The position numbers and the translations under genes were made by a program. From the NCBI RefSeq assembly GCF_006345805.1, contig NC_042999.1, positions 125,922,001-125,986,000 on the forward strand: a stretch of DNA of 64,000 nucleotides, in the 5' to 3' direction. This document shows positions 38,293 through 52,461 of the stretch, one piece after another. The stretch's first letter is position 1. The number at the start of each line of letters is the position of its first letter. This DNA is from Octopus sinensis. Lineage: Eukaryota. The notes below the pieces were generated by a model. The model was given only the letters and a program-made list of their open reading frames with translations. It had not been told where the DNA came from and did not search any database.

Positions 38293-38510
38293 GAAGGCGG
38301 CGAGCTGGCAGAATCGTTAGCACGCTGGACGAAATGCTTAGTAGTATTTCGTCCGTCGTTACATTCTGAGTTCAAATTCCGTCGAGGTCAACTTTGCTTT
38401 CACCCATTCGGGGTCGATAAATTAAGTACCAGTGGAGTACAGGGGTCGATGTAATCGAATAGTCCCCTCCCCGGAAATTTCAAACCTAGTGTCTATGATA
38501 GAAAGGATTA
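38293..38510 (+). mobile_element. SINE family B, full length
   Basis: GAAGGCGGCGAGCTGGCAGAATCGTTAGCAC...GATAGAAAGGATTA. Confidence 0.8.
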
Positions 38511-39613
38511 TATCAAAACAGAAACACACACACACATATATCCATGCGTTCATGCAAGATATATATATATATAAATCCATTCATACACACACATGCAAAT
38601 ATGTGTTGCACGGAGCTTTTTTTTTACTACACTTTATGTGATATTAGTTGTGAATCTGTGTCTTGAAAGCCTTATCTTATCACTGTTGCAAACATCTCAA
38701 CTGGAATTTCATACTACTACTTCAGACAATTATCACTGTTCAAATAAATAAACAAAAGCAATAAATGTATAAAAGAAAGAATGAGTGAAGAAAAACAAGA
38801 ATTATGTAGTCCTTGTCTGATCAAGGAGACTTCAGCTAGTACAAAGGAAGTCAAAGCTTTACTGATGTCCTTAAGTGTAATTATTGAAACATTCCTAACG
38901 ACCTACGATCATCAAATAATATACAAAGAACTACCAACCTTCCTTGTCTGTTCATGGACAGTCACGTATGTAGCTGACACATTATTGTACAAACTCTAGT
39001 AGGCCGCCATGCAAGCTGAAGCATGGACTCCTTAAATACTGGCAAATTTATCGGATTATGAGCGCTAATAAGCCCACAATTTCCTCCAGCGCAAACACAC
39101 TAAGATCGGTTGAATAGAAGCTAAACAGAAACCACTGCAAACAAAGACTGTCGTCTGCCAAAATATAAAACGGAAAACGTGAGATGACAGAGAGCTGGTA
39201 GTGAACAAGATATTTTTCTCTTGTCCGCTGTTTATTCTTTCTATTTGTATGTGTTATTTTCTGAGTAGTGGGGGTAGTGTTAGAGATCATGTAACAACAG
39301 TGTGTTCTGTGAAACTTGGTTTTATTCATATCGACATGAGTGAGGTCTATGTGAATAAGGAGGGGTGTCTTGCTTCAGTGAATATAATTTTTTGAAAATA
39401 TACCATGTATATACGTATGTATGTATGTATGTATGTATGTATGTATGTATGTATGTATGTCATTATTCAGTTTATTTCAAGATTTCTTGCCAATAATAAA
39501 AATAAGTCCTGGAATTGATCAATTCGATTAAACCTTTCAAGGCAGTGCTCTAGCATGGCGCAGTCCAATGGTGACTGAAACAAGTTAACGATATACATAT
39601 GTATATCTAAATA

Positions 39614-39649
<36 letters not shown>

Positions 39650-39827
39650 TGTATGTATGTATGTATGTATGTATGCATGTCATTATTCAGTTTATTTCAA
39701 GATTTCTAGCAAATAGAAAAAGAACCGGTTTCTAACCTAGATTCAAGGTTCCTTCATTAGAATTTCAACATCAACAACAGGGTATTTTTGTTTGTATGTA
39801 TGTATGTATGTATGTATGTAATGTATG

Positions 39828-39858
<31 letters not shown>

Positions 39859-39991
39859 CTATTTCAAGATTTTCTGCCAAACGAGAAAGAACCGATTTCT
39901 AACCTAGTTCCAAGGCTTCTTCACATGTGTCTGTCTGTCTGGATATATGCATGCCTGTATACACAATGTACAATTGTGCATGTATATATAT

Positions 39992-40393
39992 TTGATTTTG
40001 ATTTTGATTTTTCCAGATTCAGCTAATGAGCTGTGGCCATGCTGGGGCACCGCCATTTGGTTTGCTACACGATTTTACCTCACGGATGCTTTTTAGCAAA
40101 CGCCATCTGATGCATGAGAGAGTTCGATGCAGCTGCCCTCATCTGCACCTCCTGCCGTGAAGTTGGTTCATCCGGGACACCTGACAGGAAGAGGTCCAGT
40201 CCTACTTTAAAGACATCCGCATCTACACCATGTAGGTCCCTCAGGTTCTTTGGGAGGATATTGAAGAGCTGTGGGCCTCTGAAGTCCAGGCTATCACAAT
40301 ATCTTGTCCTACATCTTGATGGCAAATTTGGAGTCCTTGGTACTACGCAGTGGCGCCCGGTTCTGGCATTTGTGTGACTCTCGATGCCAGAAC
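39992..40393 (-). mobile_element. CR1-clade LINE 3' fragment, same family as 1732-2648
   Basis: ORF 40080..40325 is nearly identical to the C-terminus of ORF 1816..2487. It has the same 3' hairpin (CAGCT-AATG-AGCTG at 40020-40033) and a (GATTTT)n tail on the + strand. Confidence 0.9.
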
Positions 40394-40643
40394 GTACATT
40401 ATGCGTGTGAATGTGTGTATGTGTGTATGTGCATCTGTGTGAGTGTTTATATATGTGAACGCTCTCACATATATAATTAAAGGTGCTTGAAAAGTGTTTT
40501 ATTTCAATGCCATACCATAGGTTTCATGTTAAGAAAAATATCTTAATAACTTAACAATTTTTCAAGCCGATCACATGTCTATCACGTACATAGAAGCGCG
40601 CACACGCATGTACTTGCTTGCATCCCTCATACACATATATATG

Positions 40644-40683
<40 letters not shown>

Positions 40684-40856
40684 CGTAAATGTCGAACAAC
40701 AAGAATGAGTGCTCAACACCGCATTGGTGGATAAAATTTCTTTATTTTGTATTAAGGCTACCATCAGTTTCATGTTGAGAAAAATATCATAATATCGTAA
40801 TAATTTTTCAAACATTTTGGTGATGCAAACAGGAAAAACAGGACTCAAAACATGAG

Positions 40857-40887
<31 letters not shown>

Positions 40888-41003
40888 CTTTTATTAACAT
40901 TTATTAGAAGTAATAGCTTCTGCTAAATATTAACATACACACACACACATATATCTTTTACTTGTTTTAGCTCTAGAGGTGCGGCCATGCTGGTGCATTG
41001 CCG

Positions 41004-41036
<33 letters not shown>

Positions 41037-41126
41037 GAGCTATTTAGTTAAAGTTCATAAAAGTAGCTTTGTTCACAAGTAGCTGAAGTACCTACCTTGT
41101 ATATGTTTGTGTTTGCTTACATGTAC

Positions 41127-41167
<41 letters not shown>

Positions 41168-41559
41168 ACAGCCATGCTCTGATTCCACGTCTTATCATCA
41201 CCACAATGCCGTTTCTCTTCCCACCTACCACCTGCAGTGCGTTAACTACGATTTAATTACTTAAAATAACAAAAGAAACCGTATGTAATCCAAGCCTGTC
41301 AGGAATTCCGAAGAATTCAATACACAATATCATGCTTAATTACAGACGGAATAGTTTTTGATGCAGTTCCTCTTTACTTGCCAACGCAACGCTAATCAGA
41401 CTTGGTAAACTAGCGTGGCGCCAATTCCAAACGATGAAATCTTCAGCATTATTCATCACATTTTAAAAAAGACTTTACTTCGCATCGCGTCACATAACTT
41501 TACCGTCGGAGCATAACTGTTAGTTTTCAATCTGAGCATATAGCGCGCGTGTGTGTGTG

Positions 41560-41594
<35 letters not shown>

Positions 41595-41849
41595 TCTAGG
41601 ATCTCGGGCATCCTCCATCCGATTGCGCTCAAATTTGATATGTAGATACCGACGGTATCAGGGCGTGTATAAGTCTTGAAAAAATTACAAAAATCGATTC
41701 CAGGTGAAAATGCGATCGATAAAGCCGTGGTAATGAACATTTGTACGCGCAAGTACATCAGGAATGTGGTTTACAAGACTGTGCTCCACTAGCTTTTCCA
41801 TGCCCTTGAACATCCCGTAAAGTAAGTTAGCTTAAAATTAGTTACTTAG

Positions 41850-42200
41850 TTCCCTAGGTTGTTGCTTTTCATAAAAAATCCCCCCATGTTGATTTCCTAC
41901 ATGTTTTATCGGATAAACTTATTATTGTCCCAGGTATGTTCTCATAAATTCATCATGCTTTTCCATCTAGATTTACCTCCAGCTAACCCATTTGCATGCA
42001 TCGTTTTTGTCCTGCTTTTCTTCCGTCAACCTGTACATAACTGCATCTTCCATTTTTTGTTGTTTTTGTACTGCTTAAAGGCATGTTTCTTTCCTGCCAA
42101 GCTTACTGTTTAAACCATGTTTGTGTTCTCCCAGTCAACAGCCTTATCATTACTGGTACTTTGAACTCTTTGGTTGCATATTTGTGTGAATAAAATCGTT
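41850..42200 (-). mobile_element. Highly decayed RTE-like LINE fragment
   Basis: Minus-strand peptide remnants such as DW..TVSLAGKKHAFKQYKN resemble the inter-domain region of RTE ORFs. Many stops are present. Confidence 0.3.
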
Positions 42201-42527
42201 TTTCTTTGGAATAGAGAAAAATCTATCTTTATTTCTTCTTTTGCTGGTGTCTCAAATTTAGGTTAAATCAGTGTTTCTCGAAGGGGAGGTCTATGGGACG
42301 GTCGGGCAAGTTGTTTTGAGAAAATTTGGTTTGAATGTTTGACAACTCAGCACCATCCACTGGACGGTGGGGGGGGGCGTTTTGCTCGTATATCATATAT
42401 ACACAAATATATATTATAGAAATATATACGCATAGTATATATATAAATACACACACATATATATTTAAACAGATACGTACGTACAATATGTATACGCACA
42501 CGCACACACACACACACGTGTATATAA

Positions 42528-42578
<51 letters not shown>

Positions 42579-42844
42579 CACATACATTCATACATTTGCA
42601 TACGTATGTATGTATGAATAGATAGATAGGTAGGTAGATAGGTAGATAGATAGATAAATTGATAGACAGACATAGATATAGATATATACGTTCTGACATC
42701 CGTATATGCTTTTCCACTGTTTCACTGTTTTACTTGTATCATCTTATCGGCATACATACACGAATATAAATAAATATATATATATATATATATATGCATA
42801 CATATATATATGCATACATATATATATGCATATATATATATATT

Positions 42845-43095
42845 GTGTTCTTGAGCAAGACACTTTATTTCACGTTGCTCCAGTTCACTCAGCTGTAGAA
42901 ATGAGTTGCGACGTCACAGGTGCCAAGCTGTATCGGCCCTTGCCTTTCCCTTGGACAATATCGGTGACGTGGAGAGGGGAGGCCGGTATGCATGGGCGAC
43001 TGCTGGTCTTCCATAAAACAACCTTGCCCAGACTTGTGCCGCAGAGGGTAACTCTCTTGGTGCAAACCCATGGTCAGTGTCTGACCGAGTATACC
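42845..43095 (+). mobile_element. 5'-truncated SINE with V/CORE-like core
   Basis: GTGTTCTTGAGCAAGACACTTTATTTCACGTTGCTCCAG..CACTCAGCT is shared with 58368-58613, but the 3' half differs. Confidence 0.6.
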
Positions 43096-43231
43096 TTTTC
43101 CTTCCAACCAATGCCTTCTATTTCTTGCTGATCTCATACTCTCACAGTTTTCTCTCTCTCCATTATATGTATGTATGTGTGTATGTGTGTGAATGTATGT
43201 ATATATATCTCTCTAAATACATACATATATG

Positions 43232-43314
<83 letters not shown>

Positions 43315-45212
43315 GGAAAGAGAGAAGGAAAGAGAAAGAGGCTAGTAATGAACAGATAACCACTGGAAGGAAGTGCTAATACTGTCTTGGAATATTACAC
43401 ATGATATTAATTTAGTGTCCCAAATCAAGTTTCCCAATGAGCTTGGAAGGTTTCAAAGAATTAAAATGATTCGTAAACGAAGATAGAAATTAGTTCACCG
43501 ACTCTTAATCGAGGAGCTAGAGCTTGTATTAATGACATTAAATCTGTGATCATTGTAATATTTGGTTTAAAAGTTAACCAAATTTCACTTCCACTCGACA
43601 GTGCTATTTGTTGAAACTAGGCCGTACCAGCTTCTGATGACTTTTTACTGTTCGCATCGGACAAATCATTAAGAAATTATTTACACACTAAATTAAGTTA
43701 AACACCATTAAACATCACTCACTAATAAAGAGTATTTAGTGCCCAAAGCGTTAGATTTTTCTCTCTTTATCATGGCACAATAATGTATTACACCTTTGAA
43801 TTGCTTATACAGTACTCACTAACTACCAACATAAACCAATACAATTTTTCTCGTGCCCTACTTTTTTACATTTAACAGTTTTATTTTTGTTTTCACATAA
43901 CTACATTAACATATGTAACACCATTTCAATGTATAGAACACTGGCAGCCGCTAATTATAATCACAGGTAATGTCATCAGTCGATTACTGTTATCAAATTT
44001 AGGTACGAAACTCTTGAATTGCTTAATGTTATAAGCCTCTTATCATTGCCGAAGAGCGACCGCTAATGAGCGGCTTTCGCTGCATTATGAATACTGAATG
44101 GATATTGTATTGTTTAATGACTTGATAGTATTAATAGTAGGTTTAAGGCGATGAGTTGGCAGACGAGTTAACACGCTTAGTTCAAATTCTGTTCTCAGTT
44201 CAAATTCCGCCGAAGTTCACTTTGCCTTTCATCCTTTCGGGTTTGATAAAATAAGTACCAGTTAAGCACTGAGGTCGATGTAATCGACTTACCCACTCCC
44301 CCGAAATTACTTGCTTTGTGCCAAAAGTTGAAAATAATATGATATTAAGCTGATTATTTCCGTGAATATCATCAAAAAGAAAGCAACAGTAGCAACATAC
44401 TTGAGAGAATTTTCTGAACAAAAACAACCAGAACAACGGGGTAAATTACTGCCATCTTACTACTTTACCTTTTAAGCTAAAGTTAATTTTCTTGAAATGC
44501 CAAGTATATACAGATATTTCGACGATAAAGCAAAAAAAAAAAAAAAAAAGAAAAGGTCTTGTATAAACGTAGGAATAAACCGTAAAAGTTCTTTCATTTG
44601 AAAGATTTTAATTCAAAGGTTAGGTTGAAAGAACGAGAAATTGAAAGCTGTTAGATTCAAATGTCACACATGGATAGAGTAATTTGTGTGTTTGTGTGTG
44701 TGTGGAGATGCGCATTCGAGAAAATTTTACAAACATCGTAATGAAGCTACTGCAACACCTGCAAAAATGAAGAGTAGGTGCTAGAAAAAAAAATAGTGTT
44801 TGTTAGATATCTTGTAGGTTGGCCAGATGTTTAATTTATTCGCAGATAGTGTTGCTCTCTTTCATAATTTCAGGATAGGTATTGAGTAGAATAGACTGCT
44901 CTTAAGTTTAATGTCTCAGATGTTTTGGTCAAGATATTGGGATTCCACTCTTCCACCGAAACGCAAAAATATATTTTAATTTATATAGACTTGTATAAAC
45001 TTGGGACATATATATAGAGTTGCTCCTGTCCACATGCACGGGCATAAAACTGATAAATGTAGCTCAAGGACTGAAAATTTTGTTTTTATAAGTGTCATGG
45101 ACAAAACTCTTAACCACTGAATCACTTTGTAACTTGCTGCTGATTAAAAATAATAAAATATATATGTATTCTTGTATTAAGTTCTGTGTGTGTGTGTGTT
45201 GGTGTGTACGTA

Positions 45213-45273
<61 letters not shown>

Positions 45274-45274
<1 letters not shown>

Positions 45275-47884
45275 GCTTCTTTGAAGAAAACAAAAAGTTC
45301 AACTCCAACCCCAAAAAGTTCTACCAAGAACTGAGCAAAAATAAAATAGAAGTCACTGCAGCACCAACGGCAGAAGAATTGGAAGAATTCTGGGGAGAAA
45401 TATGGTCGGCGAACGAACCACCAAAAAAAAGGAGTATCAAAATAACAAACTCGGCATCTGAACAACTTTGGACCCCCATAACAACTGAAGAGGTCACCCA
45501 GGCACTGCAAAAACTAAGCAACTGGAAGGCACCTGGGCATGACAAGATCCCCAACTTCTGGTTGAAATATCTAACAGGAATGCACAAAAAGCTGGCTGAA
45601 AACTTTAACAACGTACTAGCAGAGCCAGAGACAATGCCTGAATGGCTCACGAAGGGGAAAACCATCTTAATTCCCAAATCAAATGAAACAGAAAAACCAG
45701 AAAACTACAGACCAATAACCTGCCTCCCTACTATGTTCAAGGCATTTACTGCAGTGATATCACAAAGGCTGAACAAGAACCTGGACGAAAACAAACTGTT
45801 CCCAGAAGAACAGAAAGGATGCCGCAAAGGCTCATATGGCTGTAAAGATCAACTAATGATTAATAAAGCCATAACTGAAGACAGCCACAGAAAGAAGAAA
45901 GGCCTCAGTATGGCCTGGATTGACTACAAAAAGGCGTTTGATAGCATCCCCCACACATGGATCCTCGAAACACTAGCCATTAACAAAGTAGCACCAACAA
46001 TCATAAAATTCATAGAGCACTCTATGAATAAATGGCAAACAGTCCTACACCTCCAAACAAAAGAGGACTCATGAAAACCAAAGACATCCCCATTAGAAGA
46101 GGAATATTCCAGGGAGACACGCTCTCTCCACTCCTTTTCTGCTTGGCACTGTCACCTCTATCTGATATGCTAAATAGAACTGGATGCGGATATAAATGTT
46201 ACGGCAAAACGATCAGCCACCTTTTATATATGGATGACCTAAAACTATACGCTGCAAATGACAAACAGCTGGAAACACTATTAAAGACAGTTCATGGATT
46301 TACCAAAGAAATAGATATGAAATTTGGATTAGAAAAATGCGCCAAAGTAACCATGAAAAGAGGAAAACTAGTTAAGAGTAACACATCACACTAGATAAAA
46401 CCAATGAAATAAAAGAATTAGACCAAAGCCAAACTTACAAATACTTAGGAATCCATGAACTAGATAAGACACAACACACACAAATGAAAGAGAAAATAAA
46501 AAAAGAATATTATAGACGAGTTAGATCAATACTAAACACAGAGCTCAATGCCAAAAACAAGATAATAGGTATCAACACTTTAGCTGCCTCAGTTATAAGT
46601 TACAGCTACAATATTCTTAACTGGACACGAAATGAACTGACCAAAATAGATAGGAAAACAAGAAAAATAATGACAGGATCTAGGATGCATCACCCAAAAT
46701 CTGACATAGAAAGACTATATATACAACGTATAGAAGGTGGTAGAGGCCTTATACAGCTGGAAAACTACTATAAAATAACCACCATAGGACTGCAAAAATA
46801 TCTACTTCAGAAGGAAGGAAAACTGATCCAGATAGCGGCAAAACACGAGCAAAACAAAAAACTGTTCTCAGTATTTAAGGAAGCTGACAAATACAAACAA
46901 GAAATCATACCACCTAATAAACATGAAGAAGAAGAAGAAGATGAAGAAACAACAAAAGCTATAAAACAAATGAAATCCAAACTAAAAATAGAACAGCAAC
47001 GAACCATGATAAAACGATGGCAAGAAAAGCCCCTCATGGTAAATACTGGACTAAACTAAACGCAAAAGAAATAGACAAAGAAAAATCCCAGCAATGGTTG
47101 AGAAGCTCAGGACTCAAAGCAGAGACAGAGGGATTTTTAATTGCAGCACAAGACCAAAGCCTCCCCACCAGAAATTACCAAAAACATGTAATGAAAAGAA
47201 ATTTACAAGTAACTGCAGAATATGTGGAGATGGACAAGAAACAATAAATCATATTATCTCAAGCTGCCCAGTCCTGGCTAAGAAGGAATATATTCACAGA
47301 CATGACAGAGTTGGAACCTACATACATTGGAAGCTATGCCAACATTATGGAATAACAACAGAAAAAAGATGGTATAGGCACACACCAGAAAAGGTCACAG
47401 AAAACGAGAAAGCAACCATACTCTGGGATACGCCGATACACACAGATAGAGAAATTAAGGCCAACAGACCAGATATAGTTGTCAGAGACCATGAAGAAAA
47501 AAAATGCTTTCTAATTGATGTATCATACCGGCTGATGACAACGTGTCTCTAAAAGAAATGGAGAAACTCTCAAAATACAAAGACCTGGAAATAGAGGTAA
47601 CTAGAATGTGGAATCTGAAAACAGAAACAATTCCTATCATAGTAGGTGCATTAGGCATGATAAAAAATATTCAGACAAATACATAACAAAAACACCAGGA
47701 CTTACAAACACATATAACATACAGAAAATTGCACTACTAGGCACTGCACACATCCTACGCAGAACACTTTCCATACAATAACCATCAGAGCATCACAACA
47801 AATCACAGCACATACCCAAGGCACACAGAGCTGCGCTCGGTAGTGAAGTGAAAGCACGCTATAAAAATAAAAATAAAACTACTG
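45274..47884 (+). mobile_element. R4/Dong-clade non-LTR retrotransposon, 5'-truncated with frameshifts (RT, CCHC and RLE endonuclease), flanked by (AAT)n
   Basis: Motifs WKAPGHD, NYRPITCL, AWIDYKKAFDS, GIFQGDTLSPLLF, YMDDLKL, GGRGL, CRICGDGQETINHIISSC, NRPDIVV...LIDVS and KYKDLEIE. (AAT)n occurs at 45214-45273 and from 47885. Confidence 0.9.
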
Positions 47885-47899
47885 AATAATAATAATAAT

Positions 47900-48119
47900 C
47901 CTTTCTACTATAGGCACAAAGCTTGAACTTTGGAGGAGGGGATAGTCAATTAGATCAATCCCAGTACACAATTGGTACTTGTTTTATCGACCCCGAAAGG
48001 ATGAAAGTATGAAAGTCGACCTGGGCAGAATTTGAACGTAAAAACGGGTGAGATGCCACTAGGTATTTTGCCCGACGTGCTAACGTTTCTGACAGCTCAC
48101 CGCCTTAATAATAATAATA

Positions 48120-48177
<58 letters not shown>

Positions 48178-48187
48178 AATAATAATA

Positions 48188-48231
<44 letters not shown>

Positions 48232-48443
48232 GGCTTCGAGTTCTGCCTCAAGGGCAACAATTTATGGAAAGAGGATGAGTCGATTATATCGACCCCAGTG
48301 TTTCACTGGTACTTAATTTATCGACCCCAAAAGGATGAACGGCAAAGTCAACCTCGACGGAATTTCAACTCAGAATGTGCAAACAGACGAAAAGCTGCTA
48401 AGCATTTCGCCCGATATGCTAACGATTCTGCCAGCTCGCCGCC

Positions 48444-48513
<70 letters not shown>

Positions 48514-48710
48514 TCTGGCTCAATGCCAGCAAATTTGAGGTTTGGGGAATCGATTACCTTGATCCTAGTGCTTAGCTGGTACTTATTTTATCGAACCCAG
48601 AAAAAAAAAATGAAAGAGAAAAATCGACCTCGCTGACATTTGAACCCGGAACGTAAAGACGGACGAAATGCCGCAAAGCATTTTGCTTGGTGTGCTAACG
48701 ATTGTGCTAG
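47900..48710 (-). mobile_element. Three SINE family B copies separated by long (TAA)n tracts
   Basis: Units at about 47900-48107, 48230-48447 and 48520-48710. Confidence 0.75.
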
Positions 48711-48834
48711 ACGTAACTAGGTACATGACCACGGCGTTGTCAGAATAATCTGCGATATGCCTATCAAAACTAACAAAGAAATCAAGGTGAACCGTTGTTC
48801 GGACACAATGAAAAAAACCCCCAAAAAAACGGAA

Positions 48835-48990
48835 AACAAAAGTAATATGTACATTGATAAATGGGGAAACTGTCAAAATACAAAGATATTGAAATTGAAG
48901 TATTGAAGATGCAAGGCGTAAGGATGAAAATGGTACCATCAGAAATTGGAACATTAGGCACGATTAAAAGAAATATGAAAATAAACATTG
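48835..48990 (+). mobile_element. Decayed R4/Dong RLE C-terminal fragment
   Basis: GKLSKYKDIEIEVLKMQGVRMKMVPSEIGTLGTIK aligns by eye to EKLSKYKDLEIEVTRMWNLKTETIPIIVGALGMIK at about 47560-47665. Confidence 0.6.
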
Positions 48991-49849
48991 CAGCCACACC
49001 ACAGCAATGTATAACTATAAACGTGATGTTGGTGATTCTATTTCCTTCTTTGGACTTTTCCTTTTTCCGACGAAGATCTATTCTCGAAACATCAAGAACT
49101 CTCTCTTTTTACTGAGAATCAAACTAATGTATTCCATGTGCAGATTCTCTTGTTTATTTTTAATGTTTGTGTATTTGATTTGACTCACAACACTACACAC
49201 TGCTCTGAAAACAGCTTTGTTAGGAAAAACCCATATCATGCGAAAGACTATCAGTTCAACGGCATAGATCAAATAGAACACCCTTCTCTCTGTCACACAC
49301 ACACACACACACAGAGCACAGCATGTACAACTGGCATTTAATAGTCAAAAACAACATAACTTACCCAACATACTACTCAGGATTAAATCTCAATAACATA
49401 ACACAGCTCACATGGCATGTGCCTCACACGACAGAGCACACTAATATAACAAACAAACAAACAAAAAACTAAGCTCATTTCAAGCTGGAACAATACACTA
49501 ACAGAAGGAGTCAACACTCCTCCAATCCACACAGAAATAAGAACACAATGTCGCACACCCCTCAGGAACGAGGAGGTGCACCGAGTTTTGCAGTAGGAAC
49601 TTGCACGAAATTACAAAAGAAAAAGTAGTAGTAGCAGTAGTAGTAGTAACAATAATGAGGTAGTTTTGATGAAGCATTGTTAGGTATAACTTTAAAGAAG
49701 GTTGTTGTGTAAGACCGGAACAAAAGAAACTAGAAAAGGAAAGGAAAACAGAATAAAGTTACAGTTTTACCTTGTATTTCTATATTTTGGGGTGAAGACA
49801 TTTGGAAAAAGCGGTAGTTGGAAAAGGTCGTTGCTCAGTTTCTGTTCTA

Positions 49850-50160
49850 GGTATTAGGCTTAAATTTTTTGGGGAGGAGGACAGTCGATTAGATCGGCCT
49901 CTGTATTTCATCGACCACGAAAGGATAAAAGGCAAAGTCAACCTCCGCGGAATTTGAACTCAGATCGTAAAGATGTACAAAATGCTTAGCAGCATTACGT
50001 CCGATGCGCAAACGATTCTTCCGGCCTGAAATTTTGGGTGAAGATACCAGTCGATTATTTTATCGACCTCGAAATGTGCAACTCTAAGTTGACCTCTGCG
50101 GAATTTGAACTCTGAACGTAAAGCCGAAAGAAATGCCGCTAAGCATTTTGTTCGACGCGA
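49850..50160 (-). mobile_element. Partial SINE family B copies
   Basis: Two GGCAAAGTCAACCTC / GGAATTTGAACTC modules. Confidence 0.6.
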
Positions 50161-50459
50161 TATTCTTTATTATTGCTACAAGGGCGACTATTGAGGTGAC
50201 ATTACAGGGACAGGTTACAAAAAATATCGGGGGTTTACAAAGAGATCGGTTGAAAAAGAATAAAGAAATGAAAGAAAAAGAACCCTCTGCGAAATCTCTT
50301 GTCTAAAGCATTCTGTTCACATAAAACTACTTGCTAGATCCCAGCTACACAATTTGTCGTATTAATGTAAACAATCGGCCATGCTTGGCTGGTCAGTTTG
50401 AAATAATGGTTTATCACCTCTTCTCTTCATTTCCCTCCTACTACCGATTTTATTGTCAG

Positions 50460-50536
<77 letters not shown>

Positions 50537-51544
50537 TTGTTAATTCATTATCTTCTCTCCATTCTCTCTCTCCCTCCCTCACTCTCTCTAATGCTTTATT
50601 TTCATCGGTCGGTGTTTTGTTTGGAGTGACTTTGGCTTGATCTGATTGTTATTATTGTTGCTGCTGTTGTTGTAGTAAAATGGGGATAGCAGTGAGGGTA
50701 GAGAAGGCAGTGACGATGGCGGTGGTAGTGATGGATAGGCGTAAGGGAGACGGTTGTGAATATAAGGTGAGCTGTAGTATATAAACGTATCGAATCTAAC
50801 CCTATCGTGACCATCATACTCTTAGCAAAACAGAACGAACACAACAAAAGCAATTGAGATTGTTGTTGCTATTGTTGCTGTTGTTGTTATGGCTCTATTT
50901 ATTTTCGATATAGGTTTTGTCAAAAGAAATCTGTTGTGGTTCACGTATGTAGCACTTTACTATGATATGAAATCGAAGACAATCTTTTATAGACAACATT
51001 TATTCTATTCGTGAGACATTTCACTGGTAAAGAAATATCTTAAGAAGGTGTGATACATTGCTTTTTTATCTTTTTCCTGGTCCATAAAGAAGTTCTAGTC
51101 CACTGATATAGAAATAAGAGTGTTAGTACAAAGGCTAGAACTACATTATTTAATGTTTACATAAATTTCAAAACGATCGAATGTAATTTGAAAGATATTA
51201 GTTGCTATTTCTAGCTAGCCAAGTTTCTATATACCCTCATTAATTGATATTGTTGTTTATCGTTTGATAAGTTTTGATCGAGTAGGCTTATGGTTTAAAT
51301 ATTCCATCCGTGCTCAGACTTTTTAAGTTGCATTATCTTATACTGATAAGATAATGCGTATATCTTCTCTCATTGTTTTTTTTTTACATATAGAGAATTA
51401 TATTGATTTATGTGTCCTTTCTTAACTTTTAAAGAAATATCGAAACTTCTAAAGTAGTGAAATATGATAAAGAACCGAGAAAAATAGTATTATTACTTTC
51501 AAACATTTACAAAAATGTTCGAAAATAAATAGTTCCAAGATACA

Positions 51545-52155
51545 TTACACAGATGCTCTGGAATGCAGCATCAATGATGTTTCTGAGGGGTCTCAGGGTT
51601 TCGGCTCTTTTAGCATCAGACTCCCAACTTCACTTGACTCAGCTGGGGTTGATCGAGTTTGCATCCCAGTAGCAGTAAAACACTGGTTTGCCCTATTTAT
51701 CCCAAGCCACTAGGTGGCCTTCACTGCTGCTTCAGTAATGAAATGTATGGCCCTCCTCTTTGCAACACCAGTAACTCCAAGTTCCTTACGTGTCTGCAGA
51801 ATGAACCCTAGCAGCCAACATCAATTACCTTGCACCATGTCTGCAATCCGTGGTTTCTGCACTGCCTCACCAGCTCCTGGTATTCAACAAACTTCTCATG
51901 AGACTCCTCCATTGCACAATCAGTTTCCACATGATCAACTGTTTGTTGGAATTTGAAAAGATCACTATGTCTGGGCAGAGTGATGTTGGTACCTTGTGAT
52001 CTGGGAACTTCAATGGTTCCACGAAATCCATTCTTAGTTACCAGTCCGGAGCTATGAAAAGCAGGCATAAACGCTGAAGTTGCTGTGAGTTGGACTTCTC
52101 TCCAGCTCTGAGAAAAGTGACGGCCTAACTTGTAGGTTGGTAAAGACTGTGTTGG
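51545..52155 (-). mobile_element. HERO-like (R2 group, RLE) non-LTR retrotransposon 3' fragment
   Basis: MEESHEKFVEYQELVRQCRNHGLQTWCKVIDVGC*GF...LGVTGVAKRRAIHFITEAA resembles the HERO RLE C-terminus, followed by a 3' UTR. Confidence 0.7.
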
Positions 52156-52421
52156 GAACACACACACGCGCGCGCATGCGCCTAATACTCAGCTACACGC
52201 TTATTCAATGAGTAGAAAGAAGTTCAGTTGATCTGACAACGAAATATTCATCGTGTAAACCGACGGGAAACCATTTAACTTTGAGTAGTAATAGTAGTAG
52301 TAGAAGTAATAGTACAAGTAATAGTAGTAGTAGTAAAAGTAGTAATACAAGTAGTAATACAAGTAGTAATAGTAGTAGTGGTGCTGTGTAGTAGTAGAAG
52401 TAGCAGCAGCAGCAGCAGTAA

Positions 52422-52461
<40 letters not shown>

